From: Acidobacteriota bacterium
GTDB lineage: Bacteria > Acidobacteriota > Thermoanaerobaculia > Gp7-AA8
Direction: 5' to 3'
Length of the DNA stretch: 64,000 bases
Assembly: GCA_019244185.1 (NCBI GenBank)
Contig: JAFATB010000018.1
Coordinates: forward strand, 96,001 to 160,000
Made by a program: the position numbers and the translations under genes. Every line of letters starts with the position of its first letter. Position 1 is the stretch's first letter. The notes below the pieces were generated by a model. That model had not been told where the DNA came from, ran no database searches, and worked only from the letters and a program-made list of their open reading frames with translations. Below, piece by piece: positions 17,262-28,142 of the stretch.

Positions 17262-18680
17262 ATGCGCTGCCGACTGCTTTTGCTCGCGTGTCTCGCACTC
17301 CTCGCCGCATCGTCGCTCCACGCCGCGACGTTCGACGAACAGTTCCTCGACAAGACCATGCGCGTCGACTACTTCCACACGTCGACGCCGCGCGGCGACG
17401 AGATCCTCGCGCTCGACGCGATCGTCTCCGACGGCCCGTGGTCCGGCAGCCGCACGCAGCTCATTGATCGCTCGAACCTCGGCAAGTACTACTTCGAAGT
17501 CGTCGATCGCGACACGAATCAGTCGCTCTACTCACGCGGCTTCGCGTCCGTGTTCGGCGAGTGGGAAACGACGCCCGACGCCAAGTTTCGTCCCGGCACG
17601 TTTCACGAGTCGCTGCGCTTTCCATGGCCGAAGAAGCCGGTGCAGGTGATCCTCAAGAAGCGCGACGAAGCGAACGCGTTTCAGCAGATCTGGTCGACGG
17701 TCATCGATCCGAACTCGCGCGCCGTCAATCCCGCCGATCGCGCGCCGGCGGGACGCGTGTGGTCGTACCTCGACAACGGTCCCGCGTCGCAGAAAGTCGA
17801 TCTGCTCGTGATCGGCGAGGGGTACACCGCCGCGGAGATGCCGAAGCTGCACAAGGACGTCGAGCGTCTCGTCGGGAAGCTCTTCGCGACGGACCCCTTC
17901 AAGTCGCACAGGTCCGACTTCAACGTGCGCGTGCTCGAGTTGCCGTCGGCGAAGAGCGGCATCCATCAGCCGCGCACGCGCGACGACCGCCGCACGACGA
18001 CCGGCGTCGAGTACAACATCTTCGACTCCGAGCGTTACGTGCTCACGCTCGACAACAAAGCGATGCGCGACGCCGCGTCGTCCGCGCCCTACGACTTCCT
18101 GGAGATCCTCGTCAACGAACAGCAGTACGGCGGCGGCGGGATCTTCAACGATCAGGCGACGGCGGCGGTCGACACCGGCTTCGCCGAGTACGTCTTCGTC
18201 CACGAGTTCGGCCATCACTTCGCGGGCCTCGCCGACGAGTACTACACCTCGCCCGTGTCGTACGCGACCGGCGCGACGGAACATCCGGAGCCGTGGGAGC
18301 CGAACATCACCGCGAACGGCGCGCATCCGAAGTGGATGGATCTCGTCACGCCCGGCACGCCGCTGCCGACGCCGTGGGACAAGGCCGCCTTCGACAAGCA
18401 TTCGGTCGAATACCAGGCCGAGCGCGTGCGGCTGCGCGAGTCGGGCGTCCCCGAGGCGCAGATGGACGCGCTCTTCCGCCGCGAGCTCGATTGGGACACG
18501 AAGTTCCTCGGGTCGCAGCAGTATGCGAACCGCGTCGGCGCGTTCGAGGGCGCGGGCTACGAGTCGACCGGCCTCTATCGGCCGCAGAGCGACTGCATCA
18601 TGTTCTCGCGTGACGAGGTCGGGTTCTGCCGCGTATGCACGCGCGCGATCGAGCGCGTGATCGACCTGTACTCGCATTAG
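17262..18680 (+). CDS. M64-family (IgA peptidase-like) secreted metallopeptidase
   Basis: Signal peptide; KVDLLVIGEGYT, YGGGGI, HEFGHHFAGLADEY, YRP..DCIM....FC.VC. Confidence 0.9.
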   Translation: MRCRLLLLACLALLAASSLHAATFDEQFLDKTMRVDYFHTSTPRGDEILALDAIVSDGPWSGSRTQLIDRSNLGKYYFEVVDRDTNQSLYSRGFASVFGEWETTPDAKFRPGTFHESLRFPWPKKPVQVILKKRDEANAFQQIWSTVIDPNSRAVNPADRAPAGRVWSYLDNGPASQKVDLLVIGEGYTAAEMPKLHKDVERLVGKLFATDPFKSHRSDFNVRVLELPSAKSGIHQPRTRDDRRTTTGVEYNIFDSERYVLTLDNKAMRDAASSAPYDFLEILVNEQQYGGGGIFNDQATAAVDTGFAEYVFVHEFGHHFAGLADEYYTSPVSYATGATEHPEPWEPNITANGAHPKWMDLVTPGTPLPTPWDKAAFDKHSVEYQAERVRLRESGVPEAQMDALFRRELDWDTKFLGSQQYANRVGAFEGAGYESTGLYRPQSDCIMFSRDEVGFCRVCTRAIERVIDLYSH

Positions 18681-18692
18681 AATTCAGGCGTC

Positions 18693-19202
18693 GTGTCCCT
18701 CACCTTCGTGATCGGTACCGCCGCCGACGTGTTCGGCGAGGCGCTCGCCCGCGCGGTCGAAAGCGCGCTGGCGCCGCACTTCGCCGTGCCCGCGTCGCAC
18801 GCGCAGGGCGCGTACGAATCCGAGCCGGTCGATGCCACGGGATGGCGACGGCTGCAGGAGCGCGTCCTGCGCACGCTCGACGTCGCGCCGCAGCTCACGA
18901 CGATCGATGCCTATCAAGCGGTCTACGTCCCCGAGGCGCACGCGCAGATCGAGCATCTGCCGGTGGCGAATGCGGCCGATCCGCTGCAGGTCGGCAGCCT
19001 CCCGGCGCTCATCGACGAACTGCAGCGCTTCGCCGCGAGCGCGTCGCTGCCGACGGACGACGTGGAGCTCATGCAGCTCGCAGCGCATTATCTCGAAGGC
19101 GACGACGCGGACCGCGATCTCGACGTGCAAACGTACGTGCAGCTGATGCTCACCGCGAAGCAGGCGTCGGCGCGCGGGCAGGCGCTCTGGGTCGTTACTT
19201 AG
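18693..19202 (+). CDS. Hypothetical protein
   Basis: Open frame with host-like codon usage filling the gap; TAGAAT just upstream. Confidence 0.65.
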   Translation: MSLTFVIGTAADVFGEALARAVESALAPHFAVPASHAQGAYESEPVDATGWRRLQERVLRTLDVAPQLTTIDAYQAVYVPEAHAQIEHLPVANAADPLQVGSLPALIDELQRFAASASLPTDDVELMQLAAHYLEGDDADRDLDVQTYVQLMLTAKQASARGQALWVVT

Positions 19203-20028
19203 TTCGCGCGGGCTCGCGCGGCAGCTCCTCGTTGCGGCACCACTCGCTCCAGCTGCCGACGTAGAGCGACGCGCCGTGCAGCCCCGCGGCTTCGAGCGCG
19301 AGCAGCGTGTGGCACGCGGTGACGCCGGAGCCGCAGTGCACGATGACGCGTTCCGGCGGGATGTCGCCGAGGAACGCTTCGTATTGGCGACGAAGCGCGG
19401 CGGACGGCTTGAAGCGGCCGTGCACGAGGTTCTCGACGAACGGCAGATTGAGCGCGCCGGGGATGTGCCCCGCGATCGGATCGATCGGCTCGGTCTCGCC
19501 GCGATAGCGTTCGCCGCTGCGCACGTCGAGCACGCGCCACGACGGATCGTTGCGCAGCGTGTCGACGGCATCGCGATCGACGATGGGCCACTGCCACGAC
19601 GTCGCGGGATACGGCGGACGCGGCGCGGTGTGCGGCTCGTGCGTCGTCACGGGCACGCCCGCGACCGTCGCGGCTTCGAGGCCGCCGTCGAGCACGTCGA
19701 CGCGTTCGTGGCCGAGCGCGCGCAGCATCCACCACGCACGGGCGGCGGCGTTCGCGCCGAACTGGTCGTCGTAGACGATGACGCGGGTCTCGGGACCGAT
19801 GCCCCATGCGCCAAGCTGCGCGGCGAAGCGCTCGACCGGCGGCAGCGGATGGCGTCCGCCGCGCGTCGCATCCGCGCCCGCGTCGCGCGCGGCGCTGAGA
19901 TGCTCGTCGACGTTCGCGCGGCGCGCGCCGTCGAGATGTCCCTGCTCGTAGCCAGCCGCGCGCGCGTCGAGCAGTACGACGTCGGGATCGGCGTAAACGC
20001 GCGCGAGCTCTTCGGGCGAGACGATCAT
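19195..20028 (-). CDS. Tandem-domain sulfurtransferase (rhodanese/SseA-like)
   Basis: GRHPLP, AARAWWML, LDGG, GHIPGA, active loop CGSGVTAC, LYVGSWSEW. Confidence 0.93.
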   Translation of the reverse strand: MIVSPEELARVYADPDVVLLDARAAGYEQGHLDGARRANVDEHLSAARDAGADATRGGRHPLPPVERFAAQLGAWGIGPETRVIVYDDQFGANAAARAWWMLRALGHERVDVLDGGLEAATVAGVPVTTHEPHTAPRPPYPATSWQWPIVDRDAVDTLRNDPSWRVLDVRSGERYRGETEPIDPIAGHIPGALNLPFVENLVHGRFKPSAALRRQYEAFLGDIPPERVIVHCGSGVTACHTLLALEAAGLHGASLYVGSWSEWCRNEELPREPARTK

Positions 20029-20046
20029 CGCGTCATTCTACGAGCG

Positions 20047-20973
20047 TCAGCCGATGACGCGCGACGGCGGCAGCAGCGACTCGTTGATGGCGATCGCGGC
20101 GATGGCGCCGTCGGCGGCGGAGGTGATGACGAGCTGCGAGCCGGGCACGAGATCGCCGATCGCGTAGACGCCTTCGACGCTGGTCTGGCGGTGCGCGTCG
20201 ACGACGATGTCGGGATGCGGGTCGTCGCAGCGGCAGCCGAGCGATTCGGCGAGATCGCACGCGCGCTCGACCTTGATGTTGAAGAAGAGCGCGCCCGCGG
20301 CGACGCGTTCGCCGGTCGCGAGCACGGCCGCGGCGACAATGCCGTCGCGACCTTCGAGCGCGACGATGCGTTCGTCTTTGATGTCGATCTGTTCCGCGAG
20401 CAGCTTGCTGTTCGTCTCCTCGTCCCACTCGCGCGCGTGACCGTGCGCGAAGACGACGACGTCGTCCGACCACTGCAAAAGCTTGAGCGCCATCGCGGCG
20501 GCTTTCGCGCCCCATCCGATGACGCCGATGCGGCGGTCGCGCGATTCGTAGCCGTCGCAGTCTGGGCAGTGATGCACGCTGATGCCGTAGTACGACTCGA
20601 TCTCGGGGATGTCGGGCAGCGTGTCGCGCACGCCGTACGCGAGGACGACGCGCCGCGCGCGCAAGACGCCGTCGCTCGTCGTGACGTCGAAGACGTCGGC
20701 GACGCGCTCGATCTTCGTCGCGCGTCCGCGGAGAAACTCCACGCCGCACGCTTCCGCTTCCGCGCGTCCGCGCGCGATGAGCTCCGCGGGTTGGATGGAG
20801 TGGTAGCCGAGGAAGCCGTGGATGCCGCGCGAGGCGTGATTGCGCGGGCGCGCGTCATCGACGACGAGCACGCGGCGGCGGTAGCGGCCGAGGAAGATCG
20901 CGCAGGTGAGACCGGCCGGTCCGCCGCCGATGATGATTGCGTCGTACGGCGGCGAAGACTCGTTCAACCGCAT
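20047..20973 (-). CDS. Thioredoxin-reductase-like FAD-dependent oxidoreductase
   Basis: IIIGGGPAG, HCPDCDG, TSVEGVYAIGD. Confidence 0.88.
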   Translation of the reverse strand: MRLNESSPPYDAIIIGGGPAGLTCAIFLGRYRRRVLVVDDARPRNHASRGIHGFLGYHSIQPAELIARGRAEAEACGVEFLRGRATKIERVADVFDVTTSDGVLRARRVVLAYGVRDTLPDIPEIESYYGISVHHCPDCDGYESRDRRIGVIGWGAKAAAMALKLLQWSDDVVVFAHGHAREWDEETNSKLLAEQIDIKDERIVALEGRDGIVAAAVLATGERVAAGALFFNIKVERACDLAESLGCRCDDPHPDIVVDAHRQTSVEGVYAIGDLVPGSQLVITSAADGAIAAIAINESLLPPSRVIG

Positions 20974-20987
20974 CCGGCCACGGATGC

Positions 20988-22010
20988 TCAACGACGCCCG
21001 CCGGCGGCGGTTTGCCCGAGACCAGCCGGCGTCGCGGCATCGACGCGAATGGAGATGTTGCTCGCGGCGATCGGCGAGGTCGCGTTGCCGGGCTTCTGCA
21101 CCCACACCACGACGGTGTAGATGCCGGCGCCGTCGGCGAACGGCACGGAGAACGAGAACGCGCCGTCGTCGCCGACGCGAAAGTCGCCGCGGCTGCCGTT
21201 CGCGTATTGCTGCACGTTCACGGCGAGCGTGCCGTCGTCGCGGCGGCTGTAGGTCGTCTTGAGGCGCGGCAGATACTCGCGGCGCGACGCGGGCAGCGCG
21301 TACGAGTCGAGGCGGTTCGCGGTCACGACGTCGAGCGGATGCGGGAACGGCTCGTGATGCACGGTGATGCCGGCGATGCGCATGCCGCGCAGCGGCTTGC
21401 CCGCGAGCAGCACGGCGTCCGTGAGTTGCGCGCGGCGCGGCAGCGGACGCGTCCAGTCGACGTAGCGGCGCACGAATTCGTGCACGAGCCGGAACTCGCC
21501 GCGCTGATGTGAATTATCCCAGGCGAGCCCGATCCCGACATGCGTCGCGTACGGATCGAGGATCGTCTTCCGATGCCCATCATGCGGGGCCATCTCCGCC
21601 ATCATCGCGTCCTCGGAACGCCGCACGAGCTCGTACAGCGCGCGGTCGCTGAACGCGTACGTCGCCGACCACGCCGCGGCGTTCTCGCTGATGCCGTCGT
21701 TGCCGCCGGCGAACGAGTAGCGCATGTACGGCGCGAGCCCGTCGAGCGTGAAGTGTCCGGTGGTGTGGTTGACGATCTGCTCGCGGCAGTAGGCGTCGGC
21801 GAGCGCGGAGGCCGCGACGTCGAGCTCGACGGGCGGCAGGTGATCGAGCGCGCGATCGCGGTTGATGAGGCGCAGCACGTGCGCGCGGAGCGTGCCACGC
21901 GTCTCGTCGTATACCGATGCGGCTTCGCCGTGCGCCGAGACGCTGTCGCCGTGCGCGAGTGGGGCCGCGAGCGCGGCGATCGTGAGGGCGGCGATCAGTG
22001 CGTGCTTCAT
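20988..22010 (-). CDS. Secreted CAP/SCP-domain protein
   Basis: Signal peptide; LINRDR...[19 protein letters not shown]. Confidence 0.78.
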   Translation of the reverse strand: MKHALIAALTIAALAAPLAHGDSVSAHGEAASVYDETRGTLRAHVLRLINRDRALDHLPPVELDVAASALADAYCREQIVNHTTGHFTLDGLAPYMRYSFAGGNDGISENAAAWSATYAFSDRALYELVRRSEDAMMAEMAPHDGHRKTILDPYATHVGIGLAWDNSHQRGEFRLVHEFVRRYVDWTRPLPRRAQLTDAVLLAGKPLRGMRIAGITVHHEPFPHPLDVVTANRLDSYALPASRREYLPRLKTTYSRRDDGTLAVNVQQYANGSRGDFRVGDDGAFSFSVPFADGAGIYTVVVWVQKPGNATSPIAASNISIRVDAATPAGLGQTAAGGRR

Positions 22011-25000
22011 GACGGCGTCGACGTCCGTACCGGCAATTCGATCACAACCTTCAGGCCCGGATGCACATTCTCCGCGTGAATGCGGCCGCCGTGTTCCTCG
22101 ACCGCTTTGCGCGCGATCGCGAGTCCGAGTCCGGTGCCGCTCGACTTGGTCGAAAAGTACGGGTCGAAGATTTTCGGCAGCAGGTCGGGCTCGACGCCCG
22201 GTCCCGAGTCTTCGACGCTGATGACGACGCGCGAGTCGACGCCGTGGCTGCCGAGGCGCACGCGTCCGCCAGGCGCGGCCTGTAGCGCGTTCTCGATGAG
22301 GTTCGCGACGGCGCCGCGCAGCAGGCGCTCGTCACCGCTGAAGACGCGCGGCGTCGAAGGCTCGATGTCCGCCTCGAAGTCGATGCCGCGCTCGCGCGTC
22401 TCGGCGTAGCTCGCGGCGAGATCGCCGAGGAGCTTCTGCAGATCGAGCGGCTTGCGCTGCACCTGGCGCAGCGACGCGTAGTCGCTGAACTCGCGCGAGG
22501 TCTCGCGCAGCGTGACGACCTGGCGGAGGATGTTCTCGACGGCGCTGTCGACGACGCGCGGCAGATTCGGATCGTTGCGCTCCGCGACGGCGCGCAGATG
22601 TTCGGCGGTGAGCTGGATCGGCGTGAGCGGATTCTTGATCTCGTGCGCGACCTGCCGCGCCATCTCGCCCCACGCCTCGAGCCGGTTGCTGCGCAGGATT
22701 TCCGTGACGTCTTCGGCAATGAGCATGTCTTCCGCGGTCTCGGGCAGCGGCACGATGGAGACGCGCAGCGTGCGCAGGTTGCCGTCGATCGTGACTTCGA
22801 TCTCGCGCGACTCGGTGTGGCGCGGGCGATGGGCGGCGAGGAACTCGCGCACTTCGTCGAAGCGCGGAAACGCATCCGCGCCGAAGAGCCGCCGCGCGAG
22901 GCCGTTCATCGCGGTGACGCGCGCTCCTTCGAGCACGACCACCGCGGCGTTGATGTTCTCGACGAGCGTCTGCAGGCGGTCGCGTTCGTGGCGCAGCTCT
23001 TCCTGTTGTTTCTTCAGCGACCGCGACATGTCGCCGAACGTCGTGACGAGCAGGCCGAGGTCGGGATCGGGCGGCGGCGCCAGGCGGACGTCGAAGTCGC
23101 CGCGCGCGACCGCGCGCGCGCCGGCGACGAGGCTCTGCACGGGACGGGTGACGCTGCCGGCGATGCGGAACGCGACCGCGATCGCGCCGAGGGCGATGAA
23201 GGCGAGCAGCAGGTAGATCGTCGTCGCGAGATCGTTGACCTGCGCCTCGATCTGCCGCCCCTGCACGATGAACGGCAGCGCGAGCGTGTAACTGTGCCCG
23301 CTGCCGAGGTGCACCGGGCTGTAGATCTCGATGTACTGCGTGGAGCCGGAGGTGCGTTTCGCGCGGATGATCTGGCGCCCGCGCAAGACGAGACGGAGGT
23401 AGACGTCGCCGGGCAATCGCTCCGACTCGATGTGCGCGGCGAAGAGATCGCGCCGGCTCGACGCGATGAGCCGCTCGCCGCGATAGAGATGGAGGTCGTG
23501 GCCGATGACGCGCGCGAGCCAGCTGAGGATCTCGTCGTCGAGCACCTGTTCCGGCGCGGCCGACTGCGAGCCGATGTAATCCTCGATCACGCGCTGCGCG
23601 GCGTTGAGCGCCGTTTGTCCACGCTCGATCGACTCGGTCTCGAGGCGATCCGCGAGATACGCGCGCACGAACAGCACGAAGAGGATCAGCGGCACGATGA
23701 CGACGGCAGTCAAATAGATCGACGTCCGCGCGCGGAAGTCGAGGCTCAGCGGACGCCGCCGCAGGATCGCGACGTAGCGCGGCAGCGAGCCGCCGAGCGC
23801 GATGGCGAAGAGCGCGAGCAGCGACCAGATCGCGACGCCGCCCGCGCGGCGGATGTCCTGCGCGACCGTCGGCAGTTGCAGCGGAAAGACGAAGAGCGCG
23901 TTCTCGCTGCGGCGCACGAAGAGGGTCTGCGGATCGGAGTCCGCGGACAGCACCCAGATGCCGCGTCCCGGCTTCAGCGTCGCGTAGTACGTCGCCGCGC
24001 TGTCGGGCAGTCGGAACGTGACGCTGCTCTGCGGCGTGCCGTCCGCGTCGTACACGGCGGGCTCGCGCTGCGGATGCAGTCCCGTCGGGTCCTCGCTCGT
24101 CGACTCGAAGAAGTCGCGGTAGACGTCCGCGTACGACGACGCACCGGGATCGGCGGGATTGACGACGTGCACGGACCCGAGTCCGATCGTGGTGCCGAGG
24201 ACCGTGACGTCGAAGTCGTGATGCAGCAGCTCGCGCCGGCTCGCGCCGACCTGCAGCACCTCCCGCGACTCCTCGGTATGCCCTTCGCCGAACTGCGGCA
24301 GCCCGACGCCGAAGCGGCTCATCACGCCGCGCGTGAACTCGTCGCTGATCGTGATCACCGCCGGCACGCGCCACTTCGACAGATCGGAGCGGAGCCACAG
24401 CGCGTACGCGAGGTCTTCCATGCTCATGCGGCGGTAGTCGTCGGGCAGGATCGTGGCGAGATCGATGCGTGAGAACTCGCTCTCGAGCGTCGTGCCGATC
24501 ATCGTCCGCAGCTGGCCCGACTCGCCCGCGACGAGCGGCGCGTACGTATCGGCGATGAAGTCGCGAGCGCTCTCGCTGCCGAAGACGTGTTGCGGCACGT
24601 ACAGCAGCGCCGCCGCCGCGAGCGCCGTGAGCACGATGCGGAAGCCGCCGCGCTGCAGCGGCGCGACGAGGAAGACCACCGCGAACGCGAAGAGCAGCAG
24701 CGCCGCGAAGAGCACTCCCTGCGCGACCGTGGCCGGGATGACGTGATCGGGCAGCGCGGTGACGTGCGAGTTTGCCACGAAGTTGTTCGCGAGCTGCACG
24801 TATCCGAACGCCGCGACGAGCGCGGCGACGATGCGGATGACGATGTGCACGCGCACGATCCACGGCCGCAGCAGCGCGACGAGGCCCGCGACCGTCGCGG
24901 CGGTGAGCAGCAGGTCGAACGGCGACTTGCTGAACGGTCCGAGGAACTTCGAGCCGTACAGTCCGAAGCCGAAGATGCCGAACGGATCGTCGGCGAGCCG

Positions 25001-25762
25001 CGCGGGCAGCAGCGCGACGCGCGCGAGAAGCAGGCAGAGGATCGCGAGCCAGCGCGACTCGACGACCGTCAGCATCAGCAGCGCGCCGATGGCGACGAGC
25101 GCGGCGACGACGGTGTTGCCTTCCGCCTGCACCGCGTCCGCCACTTCGTCCGCGCTGCGTAGTTTGATATCCACGTAAAGTGCGGAGTCGGCGTGCTTCG
25201 CGACGAGGAAGCGCTGCGTGCCCGCTTCCTGTCGCGGGAAGCCGGCGTGAAAGAAGAGCGACGACACCCACGCATCGGTGGGATGGAGCTTCGTCCGCCG
25301 CCGCGGCACGTTCTCGATCCGCTCGAACGTCTGAATCGTGAACGCGCCGGCCTTGCGCTGGTGCGTGATGTAGAAGTTCGTGAGCTCGAACTGGAACGTG
25401 CGGTCGGACGGCGCGCGGTAGTCCTCGCCCCACCACGCGACCGGCGCGCCGTCGTTGCCGAGGATTCGCGCGCCGCGGCCGGCTTTCTGCGTTTCGGCGC
25501 GGAGGATGCGGAAGAGCTCCGCGCGGTCGTTCTCGTGGCCGGCGATCTTATGCGCGATGTGCGCGGCAGTCGCGTCGAGCTCTGACTCACGCGCGGCGAG
25601 GTTGTCGCGAATGCGCGCGACGTCGTGCGCGAGGTGTTCCGACGCGCGCTCGGGGAACGCGCGCGTCACGCGCCGCACGCGCCAGAGCGCGAGCAGCTCG
25701 ACGAGCGTGACCAAAAACACGAACAGCGCGGCGAGCCGCGCTGTTTTGGTGTTCCACGTCAT
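22007..25762 (-). CDS. Large multi-TM sensor histidine kinase (NtrY-like HAMP-PAS-HisKA-HATPase)
   Basis: [45 protein letters not shown]. Confidence 0.9.
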   Translation of the reverse strand: MTWNTKTARLAALFVFLVTLVELLALWRVRRVTRAFPERASEHLAHDVARIRDNLAARESELDATAAHIAHKIAGHENDRAELFRILRAETQKAGRGARILGNDGAPVAWWGEDYRAPSDRTFQFELTNFYITHQRKAGAFTIQTFERIENVPRRRTKLHPTDAWVSSLFFHAGFPRQEAGTQRFLVAKHADSALYVDIKLRSADEVADAVQAEGNTVVAALVAIGALLMLTVVESRWLAILCLLLARVALLPARLADDPFGIFGFGLYGSKFLGPFSKSPFDLLLTAATVAGLVALLRPWIVRVHIVIRIVAALVAAFGYVQLANNFVANSHVTALPDHVIPATVAQGVLFAALLLFAFAVVFLVAPLQRGGFRIVLTALAAAALLYVPQHVFGSESARDFIADTYAPLVAGESGQLRTMIGTTLESEFSRIDLATILPDDYRRMSMEDLAYALWLRSDLSKWRVPAVITISDEFTRGVMSRFGVGLPQFGEGHTEESREVLQVGASRRELLHHDFDVTVLGTTIGLGSVHVVNPADPGASSYADVYRDFFESTSEDPTGLHPQREPAVYDADGTPQSSVTFRLPDSAATYYATLKPGRGIWVLSADSDPQTLFVRRSENALFVFPLQLPTVAQDIRRAGGVAIWSLLALFAIALGGSLPRYVAILRRRPLSLDFRARTSIYLTAVVIVPLILFVLFVRAYLADRLETESIERGQTALNAAQRVIEDYIGSQSAAPEQVLDDEILSWLARVIGHDLHLYRGERLIASSRRDLFAAHIESERLPGDVYLRLVLRGRQIIRAKRTSGSTQYIEIYSPVHLGSGHSYTLALPFIVQGRQIEAQVNDLATTIYLLLAFIALGAIAVAFRIAGSVTRPVQSLVAGARAVARGDFDVRLAPPPDPDLGLLVTTFGDMSRSLKKQQEELRHERDRLQTLVENINAAVVVLEGARVTAMNGLARRLFGADAFPRFDEVREFLAAHRPRHTESREIEVTIDGNLRTLRVSIVPLPETAEDMLIAEDVTEILRSNRLEAWGEMARQVAHEIKNPLTPIQLTAEHLRAVAERNDPNLPRVVDSAVENILRQVVTLRETSREFSDYASLRQVQRKPLDLQKLLGDLAASYAETRERGIDFEADIEPSTPRVFSGDERLLRGAVANLIENALQAAPGGRVRLGSHGVDSRVVISVEDSGPGVEPDLLPKIFDPYFSTKSSGTGLGLAIARKAVEEHGGRIHAENVHPGLKVVIELPVRTSTPS

Positions 25763-25771
25763 GGATGGAGT

Positions 25772-26194
25772 TTACTGCCCCCCGGATTTCGCGGAGGCGA
25801 CGACCCACTTGCCGTCTTTCTGCTTGAGCGTGATGTAGAGGTCGCGCGGCCCGCCGTTGATCGTCCAGCGCGCCGTGATCTGATACTGCCCCTCGGCACG
25901 CACACCCTTCGCGCTGACGCGCTCGAAGCCGCTCGGCTTGACCTTATTGAAGAGCGCGTCGAGCAGATACGCCGCCTGATCGCGGCCGAAGAAGCCGCTC
26001 TTGTCGGCGAGGCCGGGGAACTGGAGCATGACCTGATCGCCGGAGCCGATTCCCGAAACGATCGCGTCCACGTCGCCGCTGCCGAAGCCGCGTTCGAGGT
26101 TGGACATGGCCGTATCGAGATCGCGGAACTGAGCCGAGGCGACCAGCGGTACGAACAGCAACATGAAAGCAGCGATGCGCGTGAAGAGTTTCAT
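25772..26194 (-). CDS. Secreted protein, DUF4783-like
   Basis: Signal peptide ending ASA; GDVDAI...FFGRDQAAYLL..LF...KP.GF pattern; AGGAG SD. Confidence 0.6.
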   Translation of the reverse strand: MKLFTRIAAFMLLFVPLVASAQFRDLDTAMSNLERGFGSGDVDAIVSGIGSGDQVMLQFPGLADKSGFFGRDQAAYLLDALFNKVKPSGFERVSAKGVRAEGQYQITARWTINGGPRDLYITLKQKDGKWVVASAKSGGQ

Positions 26195-26259
26195 TCGGAT
26201 GTCTCCTGTGCTATCGGTAACGGGTTGGGGTCGCCGTTTATTCTAACGCTATCAGTCAT

Positions 26260-26934
26260 TTAGCTGAACTCCCCCGATGTCGCTTCGTCCTCTTGCGCGG
26301 ACGCGATGCCGCGCCGTTTCAGCTCTTCCGTGAAGTCGCCGGGCAGCGGCGCCGCGACCCGAAGTGGTTGTCCTGTCAATGGATGCGTCATGTCGAGCTG
26401 CGCGGCGTGCAACATCGGACGCGCCGCGTCCCTCCTTCCATAGAGCCAGTCGCCTGCCAGCGGATGACCGATGGCGGACAGATGCACGCGGATCTGATGC
26501 GTCCGCCCGGTCTCGAGATGAATGTCGAGCAGCGAGCCGTTCCGTGTCGCGCGCAGCGGGCGGACGTGCGTCACCGCGCGCTTGCCACGTTCGCGGATGC
26601 CGAACTGGATCGCGCCGATGCGCGCGATCGGCGCGTCGATCGTCTGTGCCTCGCCGAGCTCGTGCGTGCAGATCGCGAGATAGCGCTTGCGGATCCGATG
26701 CTGTTCGAACTGCCGCGTCACCCGCGCGTTGACCTTGCTCATCTTCGTGAAAAACAACACGCCGCTCGTCCCGCGGTCGAGCCGCTGCATGAGATACGCG
26801 GGCGACGTATGCCGCGTCACGAGTTCGTGAAAAAAAGGCTCGTCCGGCTCATGCATGCGCTGCTGCACGACGACGCCCGCCGGCTTGTTGAGGAAGATGA
26901 TCGCGTCGTCTTCGTAGAGGATGTCGAGTTGCAC
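26260..26934 (-). CDS. RluA-family pseudouridine synthase
   Basis: ILYED....NKPAG, QRLDRGTSG, LETGRTHQIRVH, GHPLAGD..YG, LHA. Confidence 0.92.
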   Translation of the reverse strand: MQLDILYEDDAIIFLNKPAGVVVQQRMHEPDEPFFHELVTRHTSPAYLMQRLDRGTSGVLFFTKMSKVNARVTRQFEQHRIRKRYLAICTHELGEAQTIDAPIARIGAIQFGIRERGKRAVTHVRPLRATRNGSLLDIHLETGRTHQIRVHLSAIGHPLAGDWLYGRRDAARPMLHAAQLDMTHPLTGQPLRVAAPLPGDFTEELKRRGIASAQEDEATSGEFS

Positions 26935-26959
26935 GGGGTGGCTCCGGGGCGGGCGGCAT

Positions 26960-27699
26960 TCTCCGATTCTTGCGGCCGCAAAGTCGCGCGACGTGAACGA
27001 GTCTGACACGTCGATGATCGTCACGGACATGCTCGCGGAGATTTACGGCTACGACAAGTACAGCGAGGTCACGCGCGAGCTTGCAATTCGCGGAACGTAT
27101 TGCGATCTGGCGACGCGCATCGACGGCAAGTTCCAGATGCTGATCGAGGCGAATCAAGGCGTCGAATGCGTAGCGTTGTCGAATGGGTGGCGTTGACGAA
27201 TGGTCAGATGTGGCGAGTGTTTCGCGTCATCTTCGCGAAACCGATCGACGCGGAGCTCGTGCTCGACATCGATCTGCTCGCGCTCAATGCGAAGAACCAC
27301 AATGACCTCGAAAGCCTGTACCTGCTGACGCGCGAGAGCATGCTCAAGTCGGGTCTGTACGCGTACCACGATCATCTGCAGGCCACGAACAAGTTCTATC
27401 TGGCCGCCGTGATGCTGAGCGACGCGGTGCTGGACACCGTGCGTCGCGAGCTGCGGCGCGTGTCCGACGCGAAAATCGAGCTCGATGAATTGCGCGAGGC
27501 GCTCAAGCAGGAAGTGATCAAGCGCGAAGTCATTGAAGGTGAGAAGGCCGACGGCGCGCGCAAGAAGGTCGCGAAAGCCGCCGGCAAGATGCTGCGAATC
27601 CGTAAGAGCAAGGACGACGCGGAAGAAGACGCCGCGGATGCGACGTCCGTCGTGGTCGCGCAGTCTGCGAGTCGTCCTCGTAAGGAAGACGCTCTGTAG
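26960..27699 (+). pseudogene. Decayed HsdR_N-like (type I restriction enzyme R N-terminal domain) nuclease gene
   Basis: PILAAAKSRDVNESDT...GYDKY.EVT.E.AIRGTYCDLA...LIEA then frameshift to VEWVALTNG..WRVFRVIF.KPID; 17-bp tandem duplication at 27161-27194; no evident native N-terminus. Confidence 0.72.
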
Positions 27700-27712
27700 C
27701 GGGCGACCTCAC

Positions 27713-28102
27713 TCACTTCACGTACTTCAGCTCCCACGGCCCCTCGCACGTCAGCTGCAGCACCGTCTCCTCGTCGATGAGGAGGTAGTGCGCCTCGTTC
27801 GGCGGGTTGACGTAGAAGCCGCCGGTGGTGAACGTCGTCGACGCGTCGTGTGCGCCGATCTTCGTGGCGAAGGCGATGCGCACGCGCCCGGAGAGCACGG
27901 TCACGCGTTCGGGGCGGGGGTGGGTGTGCGGGGGGACGACGGCGCCTTTGGGGAGCTTGAGGCGAATCGTGAACATGCCCGGCTCGCGCGGGCTGCCTTC
28001 GAGGATCGCGATCTTCGTTCCGGCCGGCATCGACGGCGGGGCGTCGTTCCACACCGGGGTCGTGATCTGGATGGCGAACAGGAGCGCGAGCAGTGCGTGC
28101 AT
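27713..28102 (-). CDS. Cupin-domain protein
   Basis: ILEGSP..PGMFTIRLKLP.G..VPPHTHP..E.VTVLSG...P....HY. Confidence 0.85.
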   Translation of the reverse strand: MHALLALLFAIQITTPVWNDAPPSMPAGTKIAILEGSPREPGMFTIRLKLPKGAVVPPHTHPRPERVTVLSGRVRIAFATKIGAHDASTTFTTGGFYVNPPNEAHYLLIDEETVLQLTCEGPWELKYVK

Positions 28103-28142
28103 GCGGCGATTGTAGGCCGCGTGCACGCACGATTCGCGTGCA

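Noticed and set aside
16795-17649. Plus-strand ORF rich in FFDDDD repeats
   Set aside because: Antisense shadow of the Ser/Lys repeat tail of the DUF6496 gene, which has a proper SD and family motif.
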